A stretch of DNA of 63,217 nt from a virus (lineage: Duplodnaviria > Caudoviricetes): IMG/VR virus record IMGVR_UViG_3300021379_000848, positions 1-63,217 of that record. The stretch is one strand, 5' to 3'. Of this stretch, positions 19,107-28,180 are shown piece after piece (position 1 is the stretch's first letter; every line of letters begins with the position of its first letter). The notes below the pieces were generated by a model. It was given only the letters and a program-made list of their open reading frames with translations. It made no database searches and was not told where the DNA came from. The position numbers and the translations under genes were made by a program.

Positions 19107-19834
19107 AACACTTCTGTTTTAAAATATTGATTAGGATCAAATTCAGTATCTCTAACAAACATATCGTATGCGATACTAGCTTCTGAAACTTTATTCTCGC
19201 CTCTTGCATAAAAATCAGGAGAGCATTCAAATAACCTTATTTGATGTGTCTTCTTACAAATAGCAATGTATAGCATCTCATAACCGAACAAAGACGAATA
19301 TATATAAGCTTGACTATCGTAATTGTATTTTTTAGCACTATACCTGAAATTTTCAATATCAGAAGTAGTCTTCAAATCTATTACGAGCTTTTCATCGTGA
19401 TTAATTATATCAGCTTTACCTTTCCATAAATTGTTGGCTAATTCACCAATAGAAGGAACTTCATATTCTACGTTGCCATTTCTAATTAGATCATGTACTA
19501 CATTGTTCCTTAATAACTTTTCAGTTAATAAATTGGTTAGATCTACTTCTTTTTGTAATAAAGCCATTTCACCTCCAGTAGCTTCTTTGTATATCTTATT
19601 GTTCCGAGTAGGAGTATCGATAATTTTATATCTACCTAATTTTTCAGGTTCTAAAATAGCTGTATGAAAATAACCTCCTATAAGTAAGTTAGGTGTTTTT
19701 TCTGTAGGTTTACCAAAGCTAGTTGGATCAGTCAATAACTTACCGATATCTGAATTACTTAAATAATTTCTACCAAAATCGCCATAATAGTTATTATCAT
19801 CCCTTAGCTTTTCTATAATTTCTTCTCTAGTCAT
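19103..19834 (-). CDS. RecE/exonuclease VIII-like PD-(D/E)xK nuclease
   Basis: YLSNSDI, GGYFHTAILEP, KGKAD...DLKTT, YNYDSQAYIY. Confidence 0.85.
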   Translation of the reverse strand: MTREEIIEKLRDDNNYYGDFGRNYLSNSDIGKLLTDPTSFGKPTEKTPNLLIGGYFHTAILEPEKLGRYKIIDTPTRNNKIYKEATGGEMALLQKEVDLTNLLTEKLLRNNVVHDLIRNGNVEYEVPSIGELANNLWKGKADIINHDEKLVIDLKTTSDIENFRYSAKKYNYDSQAYIYSSLFGYEMLYIAICKKTHQIRLFECSPDFYARGENKVSEASIAYDMFVRDTEFDPNQYFKTEVL

Positions 19835-19837
19835 ATA

Positions 19838-20377
19838 TTAGAGCTTTTTTAATTCAGCTTCCAATTCTTTACTGAAGTTATATTTAGATTTAATAGCTTC
19901 TAATGTACCACCTTTCTTGATGTAATCAACAGCTTTCTTGAATTTCTCGTCGTTTTTATCTGTGATACTCGCTTTAGTTACTTGCTTACCATGTGTGTTT
20001 GTAGCGTCGCTATCGGCTGTATCGTCAATTAAAAACAAGTTACCTAAAGCATATTTTTTAGCATATGAAGATGCACTACCAAATTTTTGAGGTAAATTCA
20101 TACCTCTTTGATCCATATCAACCCCTACAACAGCATTAGCAATGATTTCATCTTCACCGTCTGTTAGTATTGCCTGAGAAGTTAATATACACATATCGTT
20201 AACAGTAGATAAACTTTCTTCAATTCTTAAAGATAAACTATGTTCTTTGAGAAAAGGTTTGGAAGCTTCTAAAATATCTTCCGCAGATCGGTAATTGTAC
20301 TTTCCAAAAGAGTTGTATCTACTCTTTTTTGCTTTTAATCCTACTTGGATTTTACTTAATTTTTCATTTAATTTCAT
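19838..20377 (-). CDS. erf: ERF-family single-strand annealing protein
   Basis: NSFGKYNYRSAEDIL and QKFGSASSYAKKYALGNLF. Confidence 0.9.
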   Translation of the reverse strand: MKLNEKLSKIQVGLKAKKSRYNSFGKYNYRSAEDILEASKPFLKEHSLSLRIEESLSTVNDMCILTSQAILTDGEDEIIANAVVGVDMDQRGMNLPQKFGSASSYAKKYALGNLFLIDDTADSDATNTHGKQVTKASITDKNDEKFKKAVDYIKKGGTLEAIKSKYNFSKELEAELKKL

Positions 20378-20417
20378 ATATATAATATTACGTGTTTACT
20401 ATTTATTTTAACTTAAC

Positions 20418-21176
20418 TTAAAGATAATCAAGCACTTGTTCCGGTGGAACGTTTTCTATTAGCTTGGTTATTGCCTCTCTTTTTATTTGAGAAACTCTGA
20501 CAAATCCACTTTCCATAGTCATACCTAATTTATTAGCGATCTCTTTAGCGGGCACTCTGTCGCAATCTAACCCATAAGACATTCTCACAATATCATACTC
20601 TTTCTTAGTTAAATACTTATTCATGATACCTAATAAATAAACGTTTAACATGTTCGTATTGTAAATTTTTCTTGTGTCTTCGATTTCAAATATTTTATCT
20701 TCACTATTTGCAGCTAGAGCATCAGTGCTTTCAAATACACTATTGAAAAACATTTCGGTTATTTTCTGATCTTGACCATTGTTTTTACGTATCTCAATTA
20801 ACTTGTGTTCTGGAATTTTTATGCTTCCTCTATTGATATCAATTGCTCTTCTGATAGCTCCCTTAATTCTTTTAGATACAAAAGACTTCATTCTATTTTC
20901 AGGATCAGGAGATTCCATGACAATATCCCAGTCTAATTTATCTACTGCAGCTACTAAACCTAAACTACCTTCTTGTATTAAGTCATTTATACTTAACACA
21001 CCTGAAGCTTGATCTGACGTAGAAAACTTTCTTGCTATAGTTTCGACGAGTGGCAAGAAGAATATTACCAGTTCATCTCTACTATATTCATCCCACATTT
21101 TGCCTTCTAAACGACCAATACTCTGCTCTTTATCTTTTTTATACCTTACGTAGTTTTGTATATTGTATTTTTTCAT
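20418..21176 (-). CDS. Phage-encoded sigma70-family sigma factor
   Basis: Region 2 LPLVETIARKF...DLIQEGSLGLVAAVDK...RIKGAIRRAI; region 4 HTH AKEIANKLG...RVSQIKREAITKL. Confidence 0.9.
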   Translation of the reverse strand: MKKYNIQNYVRYKKDKEQSIGRLEGKMWDEYSRDELVIFFLPLVETIARKFSTSDQASGVLSINDLIQEGSLGLVAAVDKLDWDIVMESPDPENRMKSFVSKRIKGAIRRAIDINRGSIKIPEHKLIEIRKNNGQDQKITEMFFNSVFESTDALAANSEDKIFEIEDTRKIYNTNMLNVYLLGIMNKYLTKKEYDIVRMSYGLDCDRVPAKEIANKLGMTMESGFVRVSQIKREAITKLIENVPPEQVLDYL

Positions 21177-21616
21177 AAAACTTCTACTATTTCTAACTCA
21201 ACAATTGCATTTTTTTCTGAAATTAAACAGTTATTAAAAGATTTAATAGCATTTTTACTGTTTTTTAAATCAAAAATTTTATCTCCATTTATATCTTGAA
21301 GTCTATCACCAAGAGAAATACAACCGTTTAACTGAGAAACAAAGTTTGCAGGGTGAAATTTACATTCAGTTCTACCTTCAACTCCGTATATTTCCCATAA
21401 GCTCTTATCGAATTTTGGAGAGTATTCATATTTACACTCGAAAATTCCAGTAGGAATACTACTGATCATTTTTTCATTGTTTAACCAACCGCGTTCTAAA
21501 CTTAAGGATGCAAATACAGGAGCATTGTTTCCGTCAAAAACGGTACATCTACCATAAGTGTAGCCCTCTGTAACTTTAAAACGTTCAATTAAAATTTTAA
21601 ATTCACTTTTTTTCAT
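21173..21616 (-). CDS. DUF5675-like protein (putative cell-wall peptidase/endolysin)
   Basis: LER...SSIPTG...FHPAN...LNGCISLG His/Cys pattern. Confidence 0.65.
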   Translation of the reverse strand: MKKSEFKILIERFKVTEGYTYGRCTVFDGNNAPVFASLSLERGWLNNEKMISSIPTGIFECKYEYSPKFDKSLWEIYGVEGRTECKFHPANFVSQLNGCISLGDRLQDINGDKIFDLKNSKNAIKSFNNCLISEKNAIVELEIVEVL

Positions 21617-21622
21617 TTTTTT

Positions 21623-21736
21623 TTACTTATACAAATAGGTTAATAATTTTGCAATACATACTACTGGTATTGCTACTATGGCACAGGCCCATAAAAATGA
21701 GACTATCCCGTCAATTACTCTGTTTCCTTTTTCCAT
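21623..21736 (-). CDS. 37-aa membrane peptide (not in ORF track)
   Basis: MEKGNRVIDGIVSFLWACAIVAIPVVCIAKLLTYLYK fills the gap between genes. Confidence 0.55.
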   Translation of the reverse strand: MEKGNRVIDGIVSFLWACAIVAIPVVCIAKLLTYLYK

Positions 21737-22362
21737 TGTTTTAGATCTTTATTTAATAATTCTTTTTCTCTTTTTAATTCCTCTGTTAAATTTCTATTTA
21801 TAGTTCTAGATGAAACATTTAAATGTGTCGCTAACTTTTTTATTGTTATCTTCTCATGCATCTCATGAATGTATAGCATTGTTTCGTAAACATCATCTGG
21901 ATCAATTGTTTTTTTTCTACCAAAAAAGCTACCTACTATTTTCAGTTTTTCTGTTATACTTAAATTACAACTATCCTTAAATATAATTTTTCTAAGTTTA
22001 TTACGAGGAGGTTCTTCTAAATCACTCATATAAACGTCATAAACCATTTTATTAAGCACATCTCCATATACATTAAAAGTTACAAATCCATACTCTTTAT
22101 TTGAAAGCATTTTAGCCAGCTCTAAGAAGCTATCAGGGTCCAGCTTAGGGTTTAAGTACCATAACACCAAAAGATGCCATTTAAGTGATTTAAACGTATT
22201 TACCTTAGCCTTACTTTTAAACAAATCGTAGTACTCGTATGTCCCTTCTTTGTAATAAGCTCCCCAATAATATACTTCATCGGGTTTATCGTTGATTGGA
22301 TCTCGTCTATATACTATCCGATGTTTAACTAAATAAGAAAAGTCACGTTCAAATTGAGGCAT
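21715..22362 (-). CDS. DNA-binding protein with C-terminal HTH (candidate replication initiator/regulator)
   Basis: ITIKKLATHLNVSSRTINR; a GCGACA element overlaps its start. Confidence 0.6.
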   Translation of the reverse strand: MPQFERDFSYLVKHRIVYRRDPINDKPDEVYYWGAYYKEGTYEYYDLFKSKAKVNTFKSLKWHLLVLWYLNPKLDPDSFLELAKMLSNKEYGFVTFNVYGDVLNKMVYDVYMSDLEEPPRNKLRKIIFKDSCNLSITEKLKIVGSFFGRKKTIDPDDVYETMLYIHEMHEKITIKKLATHLNVSSRTINRNLTEELKREKELLNKDLKQWKKETE

Positions 22363-22400
22363 TAGTCCTTTACTTTATTTATATAACGCCCTTGTGTCGC
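22356..22400 (+). repeat. GCGACA...TGTCGC element copy 1 (left end degenerate)
   Basis: GAGGCAttagtcctttactttatttatataacgcccttgTGTCGC aligns to 56507-56551. Confidence 0.7.
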
Positions 22401-22505
22401 ATAATATTCCCACTCTGAAATATCAATGTCTCTTAACATATGTTGGATCCAATCAAAATCATAATAGTCAAGATCGTTAATTAATGATTCTTTTACTTTT
22501 CCCAT
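22362..22505 (-). CDS. Hypothetical 47-aa protein (not in ORF track)
   Basis: MGKVKESLINDLDYYDFDW...; stop overlaps the next ATG. Confidence 0.55.
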   Translation of the reverse strand: MGKVKESLINDLDYYDFDWIQHMLRDIDISEWEYYATQGRYINKVKD

Positions 22506-22508
22506 TAC

Positions 22509-22733
22509 TCATAACTTTTGTATTTCTTCTTTTACTTGTCGCCAATAATTTAATTTAGCTTGTAAATCCCAACTTTCGTATTTTGGATAAAATAGTTCTA
22601 ATTGCTTTACAATCTCATCAACAGATACTAAAGCACATCGTTTGGCTTTATTTTTATTATCATTTTCATTGTAAAAAGGCAACAGTGGACTAAAAATCTC
22701 TACTAATCTCTTTGCTTCTTCTTTTGGTGTCAT
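22509..22733 (-). CDS. Hypothetical protein (MTPKEEAK...YWRQVKEEI family)
   Basis: Motif recurrent in Bacteroidota phages. Confidence 0.75.
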   Translation of the reverse strand: MTPKEEAKRLVEIFSPLLPFYNENDNKNKAKRCALVSVDEIVKQLELFYPKYESWDLQAKLNYWRQVKEEIQKL

Positions 22734-23077
22734 TACTCTTTAAATTTTAATTCTTCACCTGTTAAAGCAAAGTACAGGTTTTGTAGTTGGTGAACGTATT
22801 TAATATGAAAATCATTGTGCTCAAAACCACTCAGATATTCGAAAATATCTACATCACTCTTTAGGTAATAAAACGAATCATCCCACGCTTTATGTTTCTT
22901 AAACCCAAACTTCAACAACCATTCTTCTGTTATTGGGATAGGATAAAGATGGTTTGTGTCTGACAAATCTTTTACCGAAACCTTTACAAAGTCCCTAAAA
23001 ATAATTTTTTCATCAACTAAATTAATGTCATCAAAAGGGTAAACATAATTCCCAATTCTTAGTTCTGTTGCTTTCAT
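22733..23077 (-). CDS. Hypothetical protein, ELRIGNYV/HQLQNLYFALTGEEL family, paralogue A
   Basis: Shares three conserved blocks with 23081-23482. Confidence 0.85.
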   Translation of the reverse strand: MKATELRIGNYVYPFDDINLVDEKIIFRDFVKVSVKDLSDTNHLYPIPITEEWLLKFGFKKHKAWDDSFYYLKSDVDIFEYLSGFEHNDFHIKYVHQLQNLYFALTGEELKFKE

Positions 23078-23080
23078 AAT

Positions 23081-23482
23081 CTATTGTTGTATTTTTAATT
23101 CCTCACCTGTCAAAGCAAAATATAAATTTTGTAGTTGGTGAATGTATTTGATGTCTTTACAAACAACTCTTCCATTACAAGTCAATTCAATAGTTGGGTT
23201 CTTAAAATAAATATCAGACCAAAGTGATATATCTAAATTATCATCCACATAAAGAGAATATAACTTACGTTCTTCTTTCTTAAAACCAAACTTCAACAAC
23301 CATTCTTTTGTTATTGGGATAGGAGTTATTTTATTAATTTTACGTGGAAATCCAATACTATCTTCAAAGTAACCTAATTCAACATCCCAATCATTTCGTC
23401 CTTCGATAGATGTCTGCAATACAATCACTTTTTGTGAAACATAATTAACATAATTCCCAATTCTTAGTTCTTTAACCTTCAT
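23081..23482 (-). CDS. Hypothetical protein, same family, paralogue B
   Basis: Tandem paralogue. Confidence 0.85.
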   Translation of the reverse strand: MKVKELRIGNYVNYVSQKVIVLQTSIEGRNDWDVELGYFEDSIGFPRKINKITPIPITKEWLLKFGFKKEERKLYSLYVDDNLDISLWSDIYFKNPTIELTCNGRVVCKDIKYIHQLQNLYFALTGEELKIQQ

Positions 23483-23498
23483 CTTTTAAATATTTTAA

Positions 23499-23585
23499 AT
23501 TTAACATTATGTAAAGTTCATTAAAACGAAACTTTACAAGGTCGTTAGAGTGCATTAAAACGGTGTTTTACGCTCACCGTTGTGC
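23499..23585 (-). repeat. attC-like hairpin plus a half copy
   Basis: CTCTAAC...TGTAAAGTT-TCGTTTTAATG-AACTTTACA...GTTAAAT, preceded by GCACAAC...CGTTTTAATG. Confidence 0.45.
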
Positions 23586-23587
23586 TA

Positions 23588-23935
23588 TTAGGACAGGTGC
23601 AACGTTATTTTAAATAGATTTCTAATTTCTTTAAGATCTGTAGTTGTTCCATTTTTTTTAAGCAAATGTACAAGTTCGTGTATAATTCCTTTATCTGTTA
23701 AGCACACATAAGTCGGAGTTTCTTTTAAAAAACATATTACACAAGCTAAATGAAGTGCATCAGGCAAATTCTTTAAGAAATCAGAGTCGCTCATATCGCA
23801 AAAGTTTAAATAATGCTCACGTAGCTCTTGATATGATAAACTAAACTTTATTCCTTCTGATAAGTATTCAATTGGCATAATCAGTACTTTATAATAGATC
23901 AGATATAGTATATCTCGAGTACTTGATAGCTTCAT
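23588..23935 (-). CDS. Hypothetical protein (probable start 23878)
   Basis: ORF in early arm; IIHELVH resembles HExxH. Confidence 0.65.
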   Translation of the reverse strand: MKLSSTRDILYLIYYKVLIMPIEYLSEGIKFSLSYQELREHYLNFCDMSDSDFLKNLPDALHLACVICFLKETPTYVCLTDKGIIHELVHLLKKNGTTTDLKEIRNLFKITLHLS

Positions 23936-24104
23936 ATATATTACCTACTTTAGTACTTCTGTTAAAAAACACTGTTGATCTATACTTTAAAGGAACATCC
24001 GTAAATTGACATAAATATTCAGGACCAACTGAATCCTTTACGAATTCGAACTTTGTATACCGGATGTATAGCACAACCGCTCTAATTAGTTTTAATAAGA
24101 TCAT
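23889..24104 (-). CDS. Hypothetical protein
   Basis: Overlaps the upstream stop (ATGA). Confidence 0.55.
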   Translation of the reverse strand: MILLKLIRAVVLYIRYTKFEFVKDSVGPEYLCQFTDVPLKYRSTVFFNRSTKVGNIYEAIKYSRYTISDLL

Positions 24105-24595
24105 AGTTTTAATTTTAATATTTCTCTAGTTATAATGTTTTCATTAGCATTACGAACAGATTGTTTTTCGGTTTCGTAATAGTTCCAGTAAGCTGAAATT
24201 GTATCTCCAGGTACTTTGTACTCATCAGGCATACATTGAGGAGGTTCTGTAAACTCATCGCCTTGTATATGCGCTGGAGGAGTTGCTAAAAAATCTCTAC
24301 ATTTAGAAATAGTCAAATGTTGCTTTCCATATCTTTTAGTATATTCTTTACCTAGAGCAATCATATGCTCATACAACCACATGTAAGTAGATCTAGATTT
24401 TCTAGCCCATACCGTTGATGGATGATTTAAATGAGCTTGACGATAAGGTACGTTACTTTTTTGTTCCGCATTACCATAACAATGGTGTGCAGTACAAAGC
24501 ATTTGAGCCGATTCTAAAATCATTTTAACCTTATGCTTGTCGTAAAAACAAGCCGCTGCTTTAGCTGGATCTGAGTGTAAGTAAAATATGTTCAT
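24101..24595 (-). CDS. Pyrimidine-dimer DNA glycosylase (DenV)-related protein
   Basis: MNIFYL...DKHKVKMILESAQML...HLNHPSTVWAR...EYTKRYGK. Confidence 0.75.
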   Translation of the reverse strand: MNIFYLHSDPAKAAACFYDKHKVKMILESAQMLCTAHHCYGNAEQKSNVPYRQAHLNHPSTVWARKSRSTYMWLYEHMIALGKEYTKRYGKQHLTISKCRDFLATPPAHIQGDEFTEPPQCMPDEYKVPGDTISAYWNYYETEKQSVRNANENIITREILKLKL

Positions 24596-24600
24596 CTTTT

Positions 24601-24795
24601 TTAGTCGTTATATAGTGCTTCTTCAATATCATATGCTAAATCTTCAACAATTTCAGTTGCTAATTCAACTATTTGTATTAAACCGCGTCTTTCATATTCG
24701 TTTAGATCGTGAATTTTACCGTCATGTATAGCATTCACACAATCTAATAGATCTCTTGACGTGTTTTCAAATCTGCAATAACTCATATTTGCCAT
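24601..24795 (-). CDS. Conserved phage protein (MSYCRFENT family)
   Basis: Recognisable N-terminal motif; preceded by a motif copy. Confidence 0.8.
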   Translation of the reverse strand: MANMSYCRFENTSRDLLDCVNAIHDGKIHDLNEYERRGLIQIVELATEIVEDLAYDIEEALYND

Positions 24796-24830
24796 AATAA
24801 TATTTTTTTTTTAGTTTATTACTTTATCAA

Positions 24831-25124
24831 TTATAATTCGTATTTAGCTTGTAAACCTAATAATTTAACTCTATTCGCTGTTTCTATATAACACTCTCTT
24901 TTATAAGATCCTCTTTTGAAGTCTATAAAATTACCTGAAAAATAATCACCTGGTTCATTGCCATGAACTATCGCGAAACTATTCACTTTCCCATCTTGGA
25001 AATAAACCCCTAAGTCAAAGTTATTTCCTTTACTATCAGTATAAGGTCCTAAGTACATACAATAACTCCACATCCATTCTCTTGCTGATGGATAATATAG
25101 ATCAACTTCGTACAATGTTTCCAT
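24831..25124 (-). CDS. Hypothetical early protein
   Basis: Between two motif copies. Confidence 0.75.
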   Translation of the reverse strand: METLYEVDLYYPSAREWMWSYCMYLGPYTDSKGNNFDLGVYFQDGKVNSFAIVHGNEPGDYFSGNFIDFKRGSYKRECYIETANRVKLLGLQAKYEL

Positions 25125-25192
25125 AATAATATTTTTTTTTATTTGTTTTACGTTTATTTTATCAATTATTATTCGTGTTCGGACTGTAAGTT

Positions 25193-25366
25193 TTAATATA
25201 AAACATCCATAACGTAGTCAGGTTCTAACCCATACTCTTCATATAAGATAGTTTCAGGATTTTCACCTTCCATAACTCTATTTCTAATTGAATTAATTTC
25301 TTTATCTGCGTGCTTACCTGACATACCGTCACGTTCCATTAGCACTCTTTTTAGTGAATATGCCAT
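25193..25366 (-). CDS. Hypothetical 57-aa protein (not in ORF track)
   Basis: MAYSLKRVLMERDGMS...EEYGLEPDYVMDVLY. Confidence 0.7.
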   Translation of the reverse strand: MAYSLKRVLMERDGMSGKHADKEINSIRNRVMEGENPETILYEEYGLEPDYVMDVLY

Positions 25367-25370
25367 TATA

Positions 25371-25982
25371 TTAGTGAAATATTAATCCTACTTTTTTGTT
25401 TTTACTAAACCATTTGGTTGCGAATAGATCAACCTTCGATGCATTCACAAATCCCGCTAAGTTTAGCTCCTCTTCTGATTTAAAAATGTCAGTGAATCGA
25501 TCATTTTGCTTATCAATCAGGTCAATTTGTTTACCGCTATTAGAAAAGATCACGTCGAAATTATCTGGTAGATCAGTTTCTTTAAACAATTGCACCATGT
25601 TAGTGTAGCTATAAAACTTTACATTCGGGTTGTGTATAGCAATCTCTATCCACTTTTGCAAATACGCTCTAGAATAGTAGTCGCCAGAGTCATGAACTCG
25701 CACATAGTCTGGTTTTTTCTTTGCAATATCAGCATTCATAGCGTCAACAAACTTATCTGTTTTACTTAGTTCATAACGTTTTTCAAAAGCTGGTTTTACA
25801 TTAGACCATATATACGCACCTTTACGGGCATAACAGAACTTTACACATTCTTTAGCCATAGGACAGATCAGTTTACCTGATTGTGATTTGTAAGCAGGTA
25901 AGCCAAAGTTGAATACTTTAACTCCTAATTCTTTAGAAGTTTTCTTTAACTTTGAATTCTGTGTTAATAGTGATATGGCCAT
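25371..25982 (-). CDS. Gp88-like radical-SAM-related protein
   Basis: CPMAKECVKFCYA Cys cluster, RVHDSGDYY, FYSYT. Confidence 0.7.
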   Translation of the reverse strand: MAISLLTQNSKLKKTSKELGVKVFNFGLPAYKSQSGKLICPMAKECVKFCYARKGAYIWSNVKPAFEKRYELSKTDKFVDAMNADIAKKKPDYVRVHDSGDYYSRAYLQKWIEIAIHNPNVKFYSYTNMVQLFKETDLPDNFDVIFSNSGKQIDLIDKQNDRFTDIFKSEEELNLAGFVNASKVDLFATKWFSKNKKVGLIFH

Positions 25983-26329
25983 TACTCTGAATATTTAAAT
26001 AATGTTGTAATATCTTGCATGATCTTATCTGTAATGCCAGCTGTATTAAGAAAATCAATACTGCACACTGAAATTTTATTATCCCAGTTTAGCTCTAATT
26101 CATATTCGAAATCCTGCTCTTCAAAGCGATAACTATCTATAGAATCTTCAATAGTCAGCTCTAACTTTTTCATAAAAGAGTCACTAACTACAGGTTTTTC
26201 TAGTTCTTCGATTAAGACTTCTAGTGCACTAATTTTAGTGTTAAAATCTTTTTTCTGCTGCTCAATTGCTTGGGTTAATTCTTCGTAAGTTGGTTTTAAT
26301 TCTTGATTTGTAATGTTTGTTGTTTCCAT
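25982..26329 (-). CDS. Hypothetical acidic coiled-coil protein
   Basis: Preceded by motif copy 26374. Confidence 0.75.
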   Translation of the reverse strand: METTNITNQELKPTYEELTQAIEQQKKDFNTKISALEVLIEELEKPVVSDSFMKKLELTIEDSIDSYRFEEQDFEYELELNWDNKISVCSIDFLNTAGITDKIMQDITTLFKYSE

Positions 26330-26542
26330 TGTTATTAAATTTTATTTGTTATTATTTTTATTATTCAATTGTATTATCAATGTTAGATCGTGCTCAGTCT
26401 GTAAAAAATAAAAGATCATTTAGCCGAGAGTACCTTTCTTACGTTTGGTGTTCAGTGTATAGCAACTCACTACATCCCCCTCAAGACTTTTTATGCTTTT
26501 GTGTCGGTTAGCTAAATAATCTTCTAACATAACAAATAACAA

Positions 26543-26806
26543 TTAATCTAACAATACGTAGTATGCATCAGGATTGTTCTTCCTGAACCACGTTAATGCT
26601 CTTTGCATATCTCTAACTAAAGAGGTTTGAACACCACCTTCAGTGTGGATCCTTTCTTCAGTCTTCTTTATAAAAAGGTACATAGATAACTCTAGACCAT
26701 TCAGTATAAACATTGCTCCACTGTATGGGTTTGTTACCATAAATTCACCTTCTTCAATAGGTCCTTTAAACCATTTTGGTATTTTATTATTCTTCATAAC
26801 CTTCAT
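26543..26806 (-). CDS. Hypothetical protein (NPYSG...WFRKNNPDAYYVLLD family)
   Basis: Packed ORF. Confidence 0.75.
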   Translation of the reverse strand: MKVMKNNKIPKWFKGPIEEGEFMVTNPYSGAMFILNGLELSMYLFIKKTEERIHTEGGVQTSLVRDMQRALTWFRKNNPDAYYVLLD

Positions 26807-27221
26807 CTAGTAATTCATCTACCACTGCGTCTTGCATTCTGTCTTGTACTTCGAAAAATAGTTCTTCAATTGCGCCTTCAACGAAATTAGCATCTAAATC
26901 GTTAACATAAATCTTCGTTTCATGACAAGGACCTTCTATTGCTGAAACTAAAGCATCAACAAGTTCATCGTCATAGTAATACACGTCTTCACTAAAAATG
27001 ATGTTATTAGGGTCTGATGTAGCTATAAATAGATCATATCCGTCAGCTGTTCCTTCCTCGTATACATAAAAATCACAATCTCTAGAGTCAAATACATCTG
27101 TTAATTCTACTTCATAGTAGTCCAACACTGCTTTTCTTTGAAGTTCTGAGTCATTCTCTTGTTTTTCACCGAAACCTTTAGCTTCTAGTCTTTCGTTGAT
27201 TAATTCATCTGTTATTTTCAT
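26787..27221 (-). CDS. Very acidic hypothetical protein (possible DNA mimic)
   Basis: Strong Asp/Glu enrichment; probable start MKITDE. Confidence 0.7.
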   Translation of the reverse strand: MKITDELINERLEAKGFGEKQENDSELQRKAVLDYYEVELTDVFDSRDCDFYVYEEGTADGYDLFIATSDPNNIIFSEDVYYYDDELVDALVSAIEGPCHETKIYVNDLDANFVEGAIEELFFEVQDRMQDAVVDELLDEGYEE

Positions 27222-27303
27222 GTTATTTGTTTTAAATAGAGTAGCTGTTACTGTCCAGTCATTAATCACCGTATTCTAGACCCGTGATCACTACTCTCGG
27301 TTA

Positions 27304-27570
27304 TTAAAAGTAGATTGTCAATCCGTCGTTTTTGATGTATAGCACACTGTCTAAGTTGAACGTGCGGAAACCATTGTCATTCATAGAGAATACAATTACG
27401 TTGTTTACTGCAGATGGATCATAAGATAAACCATTACCATTCACACCTTTCTTTACGCCAAATCTAGCGTTCATTGTTCTGATCTTACCATTCTTCTTTA
27501 CAAAAGTTACGGAAAAGATTTTACCATTTTGTCTTAATTGATCGAAGATCACTTGTTTTAAATTTTTCAT
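27304..27570 (-). CDS. SH3/WYL-like small phage protein
   Basis: FSVTFVKKNGKIRTMNAR...GFRTFNL. Confidence 0.65.
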   Translation of the reverse strand: MKNLKQVIFDQLRQNGKIFSVTFVKKNGKIRTMNARFGVKKGVNGNGLSYDPSAVNNVIVFSMNDNGFRTFNLDSVLYIKNDGLTIYF

Positions 27571-27884
27571 TTTTTTCTATTATTTTTAATTGTTTCTTTA
27601 AATTCTTTTACTGGGAAATACCCTACACCTATAAAACTAATTTCAGGATCCCATCTATACTGTATTCTAACATACACCCTGCCGTCTTTTTTCAACGTAA
27701 AATTATTGAATTCAGTAGCTTCAGGTATAGATAACTGCACTAACTCAAGAGCAACGTCAATAATGTTTTTATACTCACTTTGTATTTCTTTAGGTAAATA
27801 CTCGTATCCTTTGTTTTGAAGGGTAAGCTCAGGAAAAGCTTTGTAAATTCCCATTAACAAATCACCGTTATTCGCTCTTCTCAT
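27567..27884 (-). CDS. Hypothetical protein (probable start MRRAN)
   Basis: Packed ORF. Confidence 0.65.
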   Translation of the reverse strand: MRRANNGDLLMGIYKAFPELTLQNKGYEYLPKEIQSEYKNIIDVALELVQLSIPEATEFNNFTLKKDGRVYVRIQYRWDPEISFIGVGYFPVKEFKETIKNNRKK

Positions 27885-28146
27885 AAGTTTTCTTTTTAAA
27901 TGCATCACCAAAACGGATATCATGTGTACTATAAGCATTAAATGCTTTGTCTCGATGAGGGATAGGAACACTATTAAAAATAGTAGCTATCTCACTTATA
28001 GTAAGTTCACCCCACGAATATACTCTGCGAGAAACGATATCTTGTAATATACCGGGGTACTCCACAGCTAATACTTCTACTACGTCGTCAATTAAGACGT
28101 CAGTTAAAAAAGAATTTAATGTAATTTCAGTTTGAATTGTTTTCAT
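27868..28146 (-). CDS. Hypothetical early protein
   Basis: Preceded by motif copy 28178. Confidence 0.7.
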   Translation of the reverse strand: MKTIQTEITLNSFLTDVLIDDVVEVLAVEYPGILQDIVSRRVYSWGELTISEIATIFNSVPIPHRDKAFNAYSTHDIRFGDAFKKKTYEKSE

Positions 28147-28180
28147 AATTATAGTTTTTATTTGTTATTCAATTAATTTA

